Below, piece after piece: positions 22,240-32,473 of a DNA stretch of 64,000 nucleotides (position 1 is its first letter; every line of letters starts with the position of its first letter). Origin of the DNA: an uncultured virus (IMG/VR IMGVR_UViG_3300001282_000003). Lineage: Duplodnaviria; Heunggongvirae; Uroviricota; Caudoviricetes. The notes beneath the pieces were generated by a model. The model did no database searches, was not told the origin of the DNA, and worked only from the letters and a program-made list of their open reading frames with translations. The translations under genes were made by a program, and so were the position numbers. The stretch is from the IMG/VR virus record IMGVR_UViG_3300001282_000003. The stretch is one strand, 5' to 3'.

Positions 22240-23813
22240 TGAATAATATTCAATTAATTATACCAATGTCTGGTATTGGTAAAAGATTTATAGATGCTGG
22301 TTATATTGACCCTAAACCTCTCATTGAAGTAGATGGTCATCCAATAATTAAACACGTTGTTGATTTGTTTCCAGGTGTTACTGATGTTACTTTTATATGT
22401 AATGAGAAACATCTAAAAGAAACAAATATGAGAGGTATCTTAGAATCAATATCACCTGGTTGTAAAATATACGAAGTATCAAACAATAATAGAAAAGGAC
22501 CTGTTGATGCTGTTTATCAAATAAAAGACCAAATAAAAGACGATTCAGAGGTTATAGTTAGTTACTGTGACTATGGAACATACTGGAACTTTGAATCTTT
22601 CTTAAAAACTGTTAGAGATGGTAATTTTGATGGTTCTATTCCTTGTTATACAGGGTTTCATCCTCATATGTTAGGTGGTGATAATTATGCTTTTTGTAGA
22701 GAAGATAATAAAGTATTGCTAGAAATAAAAGAAAAAGAACCTTTCACTGATAATAAGATGAATGAATATGCTTCTAATGGAACTTATTATTTTAAGTCTG
22801 GTAGTATATTAAAGAAATACTTTAAAGAACTTATGGATTTAGATATTAATCTAAAAGGTGAGTTCTATATAAGTCTTGTTTATAATTTATTAGTAAAAGA
22901 TGGTTTAAGAGTTAATATATTTGAAATTGAAAATATGTTACAATGGGGAACACCTTATGATTTAGAAATATACAAAGGTTGGTCTAACTACTTTTCAAAA
23001 TCACCGTTAGTTGTTCCAAGTCATAACTCAGATGTAACTTTGGTTTTACCAATGGCTGGTAGAGGTAGTAGATTTTCCGAGTGTGGATATGAACTACCTA
23101 AACCTTTAATAGATGTTGATGGTGTACCAATGATTATAAAGGCTGTCAATTGTTTACCACAATCTCAAAATAATACTTTTATATGTCTAAAAGAACACGT
23201 TGATAAATACCAAATAGATAAAACATTAAATAAATTTTATCCAAATTGTGATGTATTATCTATTAGTGAGACAACAGAAGGACAAGCTTGTACTTGTGAG
23301 TTAGGTGTTAATTTTTCAGATTTAGATTTAGAAAAACCAATATTAATTTCAGCTTGTGATAATGGTGTTTATTATGATGTTGATAAATATATGAGTCTTG
23401 TTAATGATGAGTCAAATGATATAATTGTTTGGTCTTTTAGAAATAATCAAACTAGTAAAGTCAATCCTAATATGTATGCTTGGTTAAAAGTTGATGAGAA
23501 TGATAATATAGAACACGTTTCTTGTAAAAAATTCATATATGATGATCCATTAAAGACTCATGCTATAATAGGAACTATGTTTTTTAGAAAGGCAAAATAC
23601 TTTATTGATGGGTTAAACAAAAATTATCAAGAAAATATAAGAACTAATAACGAGTTTTATGTTGATGATGTTTTAAATCAAAATATAAAAGAAGGATTAA
23701 AAGTTAAAGTCTTTGAAGTTGAAAATTATATTTGTTGGGGTACGCCAGATGATTATAAAACTTATAATTATTGGGAAGAATATTTTAAAAAAATAAATAA
23801 AAAAAATGTATGA
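22239..23813 (+). CDS. tandem double sugar-phosphate nucleotidyltransferase
   Basis: Two repeats of PM(S/A)G.G.RF...PKPLI.VDG...NG/GT..F...EFY...WGTP. Confidence 0.88.
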   Translation: MNNIQLIIPMSGIGKRFIDAGYIDPKPLIEVDGHPIIKHVVDLFPGVTDVTFICNEKHLKETNMRGILESISPGCKIYEVSNNNRKGPVDAVYQIKDQIKDDSEVIVSYCDYGTYWNFESFLKTVRDGNFDGSIPCYTGFHPHMLGGDNYAFCREDNKVLLEIKEKEPFTDNKMNEYASNGTYYFKSGSILKKYFKELMDLDINLKGEFYISLVYNLLVKDGLRVNIFEIENMLQWGTPYDLEIYKGWSNYFSKSPLVVPSHNSDVTLVLPMAGRGSRFSECGYELPKPLIDVDGVPMIIKAVNCLPQSQNNTFICLKEHVDKYQIDKTLNKFYPNCDVLSISETTEGQACTCELGVNFSDLDLEKPILISACDNGVYYDVDKYMSLVNDESNDIIVWSFRNNQTSKVNPNMYAWLKVDENDNIEHVSCKKFIYDDPLKTHAIIGTMFFRKAKYFIDGLNKNYQENIRTNNEFYVDDVLNQNIKEGLKVKVFEVENYICWGTPDDYKTYNYWEEYFKKINKKNV

Positions 23814-24900
23814 TTATTTAATAGTTGGTGCTGGTTTATTTGGATCAACATTCGCCTATGAAATGACAAAGGCTGGTAAAAAATGTCTTATCATAGAAAG
23901 TAAAGAGCACATTGCTGGTAACTGTTATACTGAAAATAAAGATGGTATAAACATACATACTTATGGCCCTCATATATTTCACACTAACGATAAAGGTATT
24001 TGGGAATGGGTTAATCAATTCACTGAATTTAACAATTACAGACACTGTGTTAGAGTTTCTTATGATGATAAGATGTATTCCTTTCCAATCAATTTAATGA
24101 CCTTAAATCAACTCTGGGATGTTAAAACACCTGAAGAAGCAAAAACTAAGTTAAAGTCAGTTTCAATACCAAATGATAATCCTGAAAACTTAGAAGAATG
24201 GATTCTTTCTCAAGTAGGTGAAGATATTTACAAAACATTTGTTAAAGGTTATACAACTAAACAATGGGGTAAATCACCAAAAGAACTTCCAACATTTATA
24301 ATTAAAAGACTTCCTATAAGAACTAGTTTTGATGATAACTACTACTTTGATAAGTATCAAGGTATTCCAATTGGTGGTTATACAAAAATGTTTGAAAAAA
24401 TGTTAGAAGGCATTGAAGTTAGAACAGGAGTTAATTACTTTTTAGATAAAGAGTATTATAATTCTATTGCGGATAAAATTGTATTTACTGGTAAAATAGA
24501 TGAATTTTTCAACTATCAATTTGGTGAGTTAGAATATAGAACTCTTTCATTTGTTAATGAAAGATTAGATGTTGAAGATTATCAAGGATGTGCTCAAGTT
24601 AATTATGGTGACGAGAATGTTCCTTATACAAGAATCACAGAACACAAACACTTTGAAAAAAATGATTCTAAAGTAACTTGGATATCAAAAGAGTATTCAA
24701 TGAAATATAAAAGAGGTGATATTCCGTATTATCCTATTAATGATGAAAAGAATAATAAAGTATATAGCCAGTATAAAGAACTTTCTAATCAATATCCGAA
24801 TATAATATTTGGTGGAAGATTATCTGAATATAAATATTACGACATGCATCAGATAATTGGATCGGCTTTAACAAAAGTAAAAAAAGAATTAAATCAATGA
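23806..24900 (+). CDS. glf: UDP-galactopyranose mutase
   Basis: IVGAGLFG, HIAGNCY, YGPHIFHT, YTTKQWG, YQGIP, TRITEHKHF, GRLSEYKYYDMHQ. Confidence 0.96.
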   Translation: MYDYLIVGAGLFGSTFAYEMTKAGKKCLIIESKEHIAGNCYTENKDGINIHTYGPHIFHTNDKGIWEWVNQFTEFNNYRHCVRVSYDDKMYSFPINLMTLNQLWDVKTPEEAKTKLKSVSIPNDNPENLEEWILSQVGEDIYKTFVKGYTTKQWGKSPKELPTFIIKRLPIRTSFDDNYYFDKYQGIPIGGYTKMFEKMLEGIEVRTGVNYFLDKEYYNSIADKIVFTGKIDEFFNYQFGELEYRTLSFVNERLDVEDYQGCAQVNYGDENVPYTRITEHKHFEKNDSKVTWISKEYSMKYKRGDIPYYPINDEKNNKVYSQYKELSNQYPNIIFGGRLSEYKYYDMHQIIGSALTKVKKELNQ

Positions 24901-25697
24901 AAAAGAAATGTGCTGTTTATACAATAGTTAAAAATGAAGATTACTTTCTTCCAAAGTGGATTAAACATTTTAATAAATATTTTGACAAATCAGATATTTA
25001 TATTTTAGATCATCAGAGTGATGATGGTTCTACTTCAAATTTAGATGTTAATGTTACTAAGGTTGTTAATGATTTAGCATTTGATCACCAATGGCTTTTA
25101 AATACTGTTGAAAGTTATCAGTCAGTTTTGTTAGAAAAATACGAGTGTGTTCTTTTTGCTGAGGTCGATGAGTTATTATACTGTACTAATAAGCCTTTGA
25201 ATGAGATGATCGATGATTTTTTAAATGACGATATCAAATATTTAACAGCTCACGGCTATGAAATAAAACAACATAATGGAGAAACACCTATTAGTGTTAA
25301 CGATGAGATAGTGATAAATAGAAACTATTGGTTTGAATCTTGGATGTATGGTAAAACTTTACTTTCAAAAATAAAACTAAACTGGGTTTGGGGATTTCAC
25401 TACGCTAGAGTTATTAAGGAAAAATATATGTGGGATGAAAATAATATTCTTCAAAGAATTTATAAAAATAAAGAAGGTTTAGATTATGGTTTAAATTTAA
25501 TTCACTTACATAGATGTGACTTTGAGTTAATGTATCAAAGACATGAGATTAGGTCTAAATGGAAACAAAAGTTTGATGGTGGTGGTAATCATAATAGAAC
25601 AAGTGATAGAAGAGTATTAGAGCAATATTTTAATGATATCCAAGGTGAAGTTGTACAAATACCTGAAGATCACAAAAAGCAACTTTATGGAATATGA
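24897..25697 (+). CDS. GT2-like glycosyltransferase
   Basis: IVKNEDYFL..W, ILDHQSDDGS, EVDEL, WGFH. Confidence 0.75.
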   Translation: MKKKCAVYTIVKNEDYFLPKWIKHFNKYFDKSDIYILDHQSDDGSTSNLDVNVTKVVNDLAFDHQWLLNTVESYQSVLLEKYECVLFAEVDELLYCTNKPLNEMIDDFLNDDIKYLTAHGYEIKQHNGETPISVNDEIVINRNYWFESWMYGKTLLSKIKLNWVWGFHYARVIKEKYMWDENNILQRIYKNKEGLDYGLNLIHLHRCDFELMYQRHEIRSKWKQKFDGGGNHNRTSDRRVLEQYFNDIQGEVVQIPEDHKKQLYGI

Positions 25698-26380
25698 TAA
25701 ACATTTATATTAATATAGCAATGGTTGGTTCTGTTAATCAAGTTCTTTGGGATTTATTGACAAGAATTAAACAAAGTGGATTATATGACTCTGCTAATAA
25801 AATATATTTAGTTTTTAATGGTGATAGAAAACAACTATCATTTAATTTAGTTAGTGAAAAATATGTTATAATAGACGCTAATCCAGATATATCAAAGTGT
25901 GAGTTTCCAACATTAGATTTGATAAGTCAACATTGTAAAGAAGAAGATTTTAATGTTTTATACTTACATACTAAAGGCGTTACCAAACCAGGCTATCAAC
26001 AAATAATTGACTGGACTAATTTACTATCTTATTTTAATATAAATAAATGGCAAGATAGATTAAAAGATTTAGAAGATAATGATTGTTCTGGTGTTAATTT
26101 CTTTGGAAATCCAGATGATATAAATCATCATCCATCAACTTGGGGTTACGGCAAAGCTCCTTTACATTATAGTGGTAATTTTTGGTGGTCTAAGTCATCT
26201 CATATTAAAAACTTACCTAATATGTCAAATTGGTTACCAGATGGTAACTATTTGAGATGGAGAGTAATGGCTGAGATGTGGCTTTGTCAAATACCGGATG
26301 GTAAATACAGTTGTGCTTGGCAATCAAATATAAATCACTACCAACAAAATTATCCTAAAGAATTATATGAATCAAATTAA
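25694..26380 (+). CDS. putative glycosyltransferase-like protein (YLHTKG/HYSGNFWW type)
   Basis: EFPTL, VLYLHTKGVT, HYSGNFWW, AEMW. Confidence 0.55.
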   Translation: MINIYINIAMVGSVNQVLWDLLTRIKQSGLYDSANKIYLVFNGDRKQLSFNLVSEKYVIIDANPDISKCEFPTLDLISQHCKEEDFNVLYLHTKGVTKPGYQQIIDWTNLLSYFNINKWQDRLKDLEDNDCSGVNFFGNPDDINHHPSTWGYGKAPLHYSGNFWWSKSSHIKNLPNMSNWLPDGNYLRWRVMAEMWLCQIPDGKYSCAWQSNINHYQQNYPKELYESN

Positions 26381-26594
26381 AACAGGAGCCGGTGGTGAAA
26401 TCTATTCAAATCCTGAGGCTGATAAATTAAGTAGTCATTATGGTCTCGATGTAGCTGATCAATTATCTGCTATGTTATCTGATGAAATAGCCAAAAGTAT
26501 AGATAAAGAGATTCTAAAAAGTTTAGGATTAGAACCAGATAGAAATAAAAGAAGAAAAAACTCTATTAATAAAATATTTAAAGACGTTGAATAA
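26367..26594 (+). CDS. small protein resembling the spine helix of T4 gp23-type major capsid protein
   Basis: LSSHYGLDVADQLSAMLSDEIAKSIDKEIL versus recalled gp23 LRAVHGMDADAELSGILATEIMLEINREVV. Confidence 0.6.
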   Translation: MNQIKTGAGGEIYSNPEADKLSSHYGLDVADQLSAMLSDEIAKSIDKEILKSLGLEPDRNKRRKNSINKIFKDVE

Positions 26595-27177
26595 TAGAAG
26601 GTAAAGCACCTAATTCAAGTACTTTAGATTTATCCAATAAGAATTCAATATCGTAAAAGTTAAAGTGAAATGTCATTGTAAATTCTTTAGAGTTAACTTT
26701 TTGTTGTGAATAATTAAAAGTATTGTCAGAAAGACCTTTAAGAATTATTTCATAAAACCTAATTACATAGATAGCATCTCTGTGTATATCAACACAAGTA
26801 ATTGTAAAAGGATTAACCCAAGCATTATCAACATCTAAGTAGTGTTTAGTTAAAATATCAAACACTAACCAGTAGTTTAAGTCAGAGTCAACAGATCTAA
26901 ATGTTACTGTTAAATCATGAGTTGAAGTAATATCTTGAACGTTTTTAGCAGGCTTGAATTGTCTTTCTTTACCTCTCATATTAGTTTGTTTAGGCATATC
27001 GATTCCAACACCTGGAAAATTAACAGACTTAATAGTTGAGTTAACATAATCAATTACATTCTCATACTGTACCCAATTCTTTTCGAGAATTGGAGTATAA
27101 GTGTTAATAATTTCTTGTTTAATGAAATCACTCGGTAAATTAAATATAAACTGACTACCTTGACTACTTAATCTCAT
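26578..27177 (-). CDS. tail tube-like (T4 gp19/gp54-like) protein
   Basis: SVNFPG...LTVTFR...NYW...FTMTF.FN pattern of T4-like tube folds; in a late-promoter operon. Confidence 0.6.
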   Translation of the reverse strand: MRLSSQGSQFIFNLPSDFIKQEIINTYTPILEKNWVQYENVIDYVNSTIKSVNFPGVGIDMPKQTNMRGKERQFKPAKNVQDITSTHDLTVTFRSVDSDLNYWLVFDILTKHYLDVDNAWVNPFTITCVDIHRDAIYVIRFYEIILKGLSDNTFNYSQQKVNSKEFTMTFHFNFYDIEFLLDKSKVLELGALPSIIQRL

Positions 27178-29099
27178 TGACCACCTAAGTTATTTTTTAA
27201 ATTTATTGCTGCTTTACTAATTGATTGTTGTAACATATTAGCCTTTGACATACCTGGTTTAGCAACTGGTGCTGATTGTTTAACTGGTCTTCTTGTTACA
27301 ACAGCTGTTTCTTGTGGTAACTTAGGATCTTTAATAATAGCAGGATTAGCACTGGAAGCCGCTTCCTGATTAAGACCGGAAACATTAGCAGCACTATCGT
27401 ATATCTTAAATAATCCAGAGTAAACAACAGATTTAACTGATTGTATATCACTAGTTATGTAAAATAAATTAATACCTGACTCATATAGTTTTTTAATATC
27501 GACAAATTTATTTTGAGTTATCTTAAATGATAATTGACCAAGATCTAAATTAACTGAACCAGAATCTGTGTAAAGAGGAAAATCAAAAGTTTTAGAATCA
27601 TTTCTGAATGTTAATTTAATATCACCATATCCAGTCATATTCAAAAAATCTGGTTTAGTATCACTACCATTAGCAATAGTAAATGTGATAATATTGTCAA
27701 AAGGATAAATATTGATAATCATTTTTCCAATACCATAAAATAAAGTATTATTAAATGAAGCATTATCTGATTTACCAACTATATTAAACTTATCAACTAA
27801 AACAGGGAAAGGAACTTTTACAGTTTCAATTTGAATAATTGGTGTGTTATTATTATTATTATTAGATCCAGATACTCTACCAGTTACTGCTTTGCTTATA
27901 GATATAGGTTTAGTTATTCTACCCATTGAGTTAGACATACCAACTAATGATGGATCTATATTAGATTTAATATTATAAATTTTAGGTTTATTAGCATTTG
28001 TTAAATTAATCTTAGTTAAGTTTAGAGAGTATTTAGATACTTCATCTTGTAACATACCATAAGAAGCTCTTCTAATGATATAAGAGTCATCTACAGCGTC
28101 TATTAATCTCATTTCAACATCTATGATAGCGGTTGTAGTTGAGTACTTAATAATAGGTCTATATTCAATAGTTTCATTAAAGTTATCATGTACAGTAACT
28201 GTTGTAGTTTTACCTCTAATGTTTTGTTCATACATTGTAATGTTATATTGAACATAGTATCTGTGACCAATATTAAATGATTCATCCATAAACTGATTAA
28301 AACCAGCAATAGTATCATTATAAACACCGTATATCTCAAAGAAGTCACCATTAATTGAGTGAGCTACAACTAGACCTAATCTTTCGAACTCAGGAGTTTG
28401 AGGAACTGTTGTTGTTACTTTAGTTGATAAAATATATCCAGTTAATCCATTAACAGTTTGTATATTATCTATAAAGTGAAAATCAATAAAAACAGGAGAT
28501 GTTATATTTAATCCCGCTCCATTTGTAAGATTAGCATTAATACTATTTTCTTTTGGAACATTGTTAGTCTTTTGACTAGCTAAATCACTTAAAGATGGAA
28601 TATTAATAGTTATATTCTTACCCCATAGTTTTTCTTGAAAAAGAAGTGGTGGACTTGTAAAGTTTAATAAATATTGTTGACTGACATCAGTCATGTCAAA
28701 GTAAAAGTTTGATATATCAAATATTCTAGTATTTGTAGTATCAAATCCATAAACTTTAATAAAAAAACCTAAGTGTTCACCAAATGTCCAGTTTATAGGA
28801 ACATGAATTTTAATAGTATCATGTCTAGTAGGTGTACCAGAAGCATACTCTTTTAATTGTAAAAATGAGTAATAAGATGGATTTACTTTAGCATACTTTT
28901 GAGTTACTGAATCAACTTTAAATAATTGATTACCCATTGTATTGCCGGTGATAGATGAAGAACCTGCTATATATGATTGTCTTCTATCTCTAGAGTCAAC
29001 TAATATATCATAAGATTCACTTATTAAGTTACCATCATCATAAATATATTCAAGTAAAACATCTTTGTCTAGTTTTACAAACTTAGAAATTTTTGCCAT
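27174..29099 (-). CDS. putative virion structural protein (beta-rich)
   Basis: 641 aa Thr/Asn-rich ORF coupled to the tube-like gene and preceded by TTAATATATA. Confidence 0.5.
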   Translation of the reverse strand: MAKISKFVKLDKDVLLEYIYDDGNLISESYDILVDSRDRRQSYIAGSSSITGNTMGNQLFKVDSVTQKYAKVNPSYYSFLQLKEYASGTPTRHDTIKIHVPINWTFGEHLGFFIKVYGFDTTNTRIFDISNFYFDMTDVSQQYLLNFTSPPLLFQEKLWGKNITINIPSLSDLASQKTNNVPKENSINANLTNGAGLNITSPVFIDFHFIDNIQTVNGLTGYILSTKVTTTVPQTPEFERLGLVVAHSINGDFFEIYGVYNDTIAGFNQFMDESFNIGHRYYVQYNITMYEQNIRGKTTTVTVHDNFNETIEYRPIIKYSTTTAIIDVEMRLIDAVDDSYIIRRASYGMLQDEVSKYSLNLTKINLTNANKPKIYNIKSNIDPSLVGMSNSMGRITKPISISKAVTGRVSGSNNNNNNTPIIQIETVKVPFPVLVDKFNIVGKSDNASFNNTLFYGIGKMIINIYPFDNIITFTIANGSDTKPDFLNMTGYGDIKLTFRNDSKTFDFPLYTDSGSVNLDLGQLSFKITQNKFVDIKKLYESGINLFYITSDIQSVKSVVYSGLFKIYDSAANVSGLNQEAASSANPAIIKDPKLPQETAVVTRRPVKQSAPVAKPGMSKANMLQQSISKAAINLKNNLGGQ

Positions 29100-29122
29100 T
29101 TTTAGATAGATTATCTTTTGGT

Positions 29123-29132
29123 TATATATTAA
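29123..29132 (-). promoter_or_regulatory. late-type promoter TTAATATATA
   Basis: Identical 10-mer recurs upstream of structural/tagged genes at 37999, 42265, 44619, 54228, 55147(+), 56773, 60123, 61428 and 62600. Confidence 0.75.
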
Positions 29133-29150
29133 AAAAGAAAACCTTTCTTA

Positions 29151-29564
29151 TTAAGAAAGGCCCTCTTTTATTAATCTATCTTGTACTTTTTCTACTATCT
29201 GATTTTCTGTTAGATTTGGATGTCCATCTAAAATTTGACGATATAGTTCCATTTCTTCCTTAGCTAATTTTTCAATTTCTAAGTTGATAGGCTCTATTAG
29301 CTTTTCTAATCTTTTACCTTCATCTTCTACTTCATCAATTATCTTTAATAATTTTTCAAAGATTTCAGTTTCGCTCATGTGAATTTTTTGATTTTTAGAA
29401 CTTTCTTTTAACTCTTTTTGATAGTCATCTATCTTTTTAAGAGTGCCATCTAATCTCTCAGAGACTTGAATAGCTCTTGCTCTATAAAGATCCATATTGT
29501 TGATTAACTTCAAATATGTTCTTCTGATAGAAATTGCTTTTTGTAAATATTTTTCATCAACCAT
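29151..29564 (-). CDS. hypothetical coiled-coil protein
   Basis: 137 aa E/K-rich helical ORF coupled to the upstream gene. Confidence 0.7.
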   Translation of the reverse strand: MVDEKYLQKAISIRRTYLKLINNMDLYRARAIQVSERLDGTLKKIDDYQKELKESSKNQKIHMSETEIFEKLLKIIDEVEDEGKRLEKLIEPINLEIEKLAKEEMELYRQILDGHPNLTENQIVEKVQDRLIKEGLS

Positions 29565-30484
29565 TATTTAGCGATTTCTTTTTTAGCTCTAGGTTTTCTA
29601 GTAGTTGTTTTTTTAGGAAGATCTTTTGATAAAACAGGTTCTTTCTCCCAAGTAAGAGGTTCATGTTTTTCAGCTTTCTCATTATGTAGTTGAGTAACTG
29701 AATCTGTAATTTGTGAGTTAACATCTTTAACTTCAGCGCCATAAACAACTTCTTTAATCTTTTGTTTAATCATATCTTCTATGATTTGAGGATTTCTAAG
29801 TAAGTTATCTGTAAACTCTGCTGCTAAGAAATCAATAATACTTGTATTATAAGAATCTTCCATCATTTCAATAAAGTCTAGACGAGGAATTTTATTTTTA
29901 ATTTCAAGAGATATTGAAAAATCTTTAGATCTTTTAACATTCTTAAACATTGTGATAATCGGATCTTCAACAACTTGAACCGGTTGTTGATAAGTTTGAG
30001 AAACTGGTTGTTGAACAGGATTTCTATTTACTTGAACTTGTTGAACTTCTTCAGACTCTGGGTTTAATAATTTATTAAATGCCTCACTTTGTTTAGCCAA
30101 ATCATTTTGTGGATTAGTAACACCGTATTTTCTAGCTAATTCAGCTCTTTCATCTTCTTCAGTAACTTGAATAATAGCACTTTCATTTGTTTGTGGTCTA
30201 AATTGATTATTACCATCTACATTAACCATAACTTCACCACCAACATCATCTCTGATTTTATCAGCTGGTATATTTTTAATTTTTTCAGCTAAATTGTTAT
30301 AAGCACCTTGTGTATTAAAGAAACTAGAAACATCAATTTGCTCAGTATATAAATCTGGGTTTAAAAGTTGAGCTACATCAGCCTTGCCTTTATTTTCAAG
30401 AATTGCTATATTTTCAAAAGAATCAATAACTTTTACAATCTCACCAGTTGCGTTATTTTTAAATGTTTTATTACTAAGACTCAT
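29564..30484 (-). CDS. hypothetical protein
   Basis: 306 aa ORF with a Q/P-rich linker and basic tail. Confidence 0.75.
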   Translation of the reverse strand: MSLSNKTFKNNATGEIVKVIDSFENIAILENKGKADVAQLLNPDLYTEQIDVSSFFNTQGAYNNLAEKIKNIPADKIRDDVGGEVMVNVDGNNQFRPQTNESAIIQVTEEDERAELARKYGVTNPQNDLAKQSEAFNKLLNPESEEVQQVQVNRNPVQQPVSQTYQQPVQVVEDPIITMFKNVKRSKDFSISLEIKNKIPRLDFIEMMEDSYNTSIIDFLAAEFTDNLLRNPQIIEDMIKQKIKEVVYGAEVKDVNSQITDSVTQLHNEKAEKHEPLTWEKEPVLSKDLPKKTTTRKPRAKKEIAK

Positions 30485-30565
30485 ATTTAATTTTATTTTT
30501 TATATTATTATCCTTTTAATTATATAAAAGACTTCAAATAAGTTGTTAGGATATGTATAAAAAAA

Positions 30566-30592
30566 ATAGGAGTCCCAATGGAACTCCTATTT
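30566..30592 (-). terminator. hairpin terminator downstream of SSB
   Basis: AATAGGAGT...ACTCCTATT inverted repeat preceded by an A tract on + (U tract on -). Confidence 0.65.
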
Positions 30593-30612
30593 CTAATATT
30601 AATATGTTACTA

Positions 30613-31581
30613 TTATAAGTCATTGAAGAAATCATCTTCATCTTCAGAAGCACTAGCAGTAGTAGCCGCTGTTTTTGCGAAGTTGTCTTCAAATTCAAAA
30701 TCATCAGATGATGGTTTTGCTTCTTGTTTAGGACTAGAAAAAGAAGAAGAAGCTTTACCAGTTAAGAAGTTTGAAATCTCAGTGATTTTAGCTTGTTGCT
30801 CATCAGTTAATTTCTTTGGAGCAAATTCTTCTAAATCGTGTTCACGGTCTAATAAGAAATCTTTAATTTTACTTTGAACACCAGCTTCAATTTTACCATC
30901 AGTAACAGGAGCATTTTTGAAAACACCTTTTTCTTTGAAGTAAATTGGAAGTGAAGTAGCTTCTGGTTTGAACATACTCATTTTGTAATCAGGATATGTT
31001 TCATCACCTGTTTGGATTTCTTTAACAACTAATACGAAATCTTTACCAGCTGCTAAGTCAAATACGTTACAACCTACACCAGAGATTTCACCATTCTTTT
31101 CAGCCATGATTTTATCTTTGATAGTCTTACCATATTGCCAGATTAAAATTTTACCAACTAATTCTGGTTGTTGTTCGTCTTCGATAACTAATACATAAGA
31201 GTAGTATTTCTTAGAGTACTTTAATTGTTTTGATTTCTCAATCAAAATCGCATTTTTTGAATTTTGCATGGTGTAATACAAATCAGTCAAAGGGCACTTC
31301 TCGTTGAAGTTCTTTGGTGAATCAAACCAACCGCTTAATTCTTTAGGTTGTTTAATATCAACATAGTGAGTAATTTTCTCAATTGCTGATTGACCAACTT
31401 TACCATCTTTGGTCAAATTAGGAAGGATTCTTACTAAAGATCTCCATCCTCTTTTTTTGTCTTTCACTTTTGAAAGGTCAACGCGGTAAATACCATCGTT
31501 GTTGTTGCTTGTTTTCGCGTCATTAAGAAAGTCCATTTTACTTTCTAAACCGCCATTAAATAAATCATCTAAATCTGCCAT
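30613..31581 (-). CDS. single-stranded DNA-binding protein, T4 gp32-like
   Basis: VRILP, CP, YYSYVLVIED..PEL.GKI.IW.YGKTI.DKI, FDL..GKDF.L, YPDY, acidic C-terminus EDEDDFFNDL. Confidence 0.88.
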   Translation of the reverse strand: MADLDDLFNGGLESKMDFLNDAKTSNNNDGIYRVDLSKVKDKKRGWRSLVRILPNLTKDGKVGQSAIEKITHYVDIKQPKELSGWFDSPKNFNEKCPLTDLYYTMQNSKNAILIEKSKQLKYSKKYYSYVLVIEDEQQPELVGKILIWQYGKTIKDKIMAEKNGEISGVGCNVFDLAAGKDFVLVVKEIQTGDETYPDYKMSMFKPEATSLPIYFKEKGVFKNAPVTDGKIEAGVQSKIKDFLLDREHDLEEFAPKKLTDEQQAKITEISNFLTGKASSSFSSPKQEAKPSSDDFEFEDNFAKTAATTASASEDEDDFFNDL

Positions 31582-31753
31582 AATTGCTTTTTATTTTTTT
31601 TGTTTATATCAAATACTTTGTGTATCTGATTAGTATTTATATTATAATTTTTGAAAAAGTTGTTGTGTTATTTTGAAGTATTTTGTTAGAATAAAAAAAG
31701 TGTGGAATTTATAATAAAAACCACACTTGTATAGAAAATAATTTCAAAAAAGT

Positions 31754-32473
31754 TTATAAAAAATGTTTAGTTACTTCAGGTGTATAATTACCAGTAGTAA
31801 AAATCTTACAAAGGTTCTTATACTCTACATCACTTACTTTATAAAGTTGTAAGTCATTTCTTACAGTAGAAACAACATTGCCTGTATCTTCATCTATATA
31901 GTCTTCACCCCATATAGATGACGTTGGTCTAAATCCAGTTACCTCATATAATCTTTGTAAACACTCTATAAATATTGGTAGGTTTTCCGGTTTGAAAATA
32001 CCTAAGTTCAAATAAATAATCGGATAACCCGGAATAATATCATTTAATATATTCTCTTGTAATCTTTCAAGATAACTTTTACCAGCACTATTTTTTGATT
32101 CTTCAACTTCTGAAAAATAAACATCATTGTAGATAAGTGAACTTCGAGAGTTTTTACTAGCCATTTTAATCATATCATCTGATAGGGGTTTGGACAAATC
32201 AATAAACATATTTTTCCAAGTATCTTGAATATCTTCACATTCTTTATTAATCCAATTCTCTTCAAAACTCATATCAGAAAATAATTGACTTCTAATAGCC
32301 CTTGATATATTATTAGTTGTAAAGAATTGATAACCTGATTCGTATAATTTACATTTAGCTAGAGGTTCTTCATCTGTTAGATCATAGAATAGTTCTTGAA
32401 TATCCAACTCAATAGGAAATTCAGATTTAATAATAACAGATTCAAATAATTTATATGACTTTAAGTATCTCAT
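31754..32473 (-). CDS. hypothetical protein with N-terminal tag MRYLKSYKLFES
   Basis: Shared N-terminal motif; last gene of the 36325->31754 operon. Confidence 0.8.
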   Translation of the reverse strand: MRYLKSYKLFESVIIKSEFPIELDIQELFYDLTDEEPLAKCKLYESGYQFFTTNNISRAIRSQLFSDMSFEENWINKECEDIQDTWKNMFIDLSKPLSDDMIKMASKNSRSSLIYNDVYFSEVEESKNSAGKSYLERLQENILNDIIPGYPIIYLNLGIFKPENLPIFIECLQRLYEVTGFRPTSSIWGEDYIDEDTGNVVSTVRNDLQLYKVSDVEYKNLCKIFTTGNYTPEVTKHFL

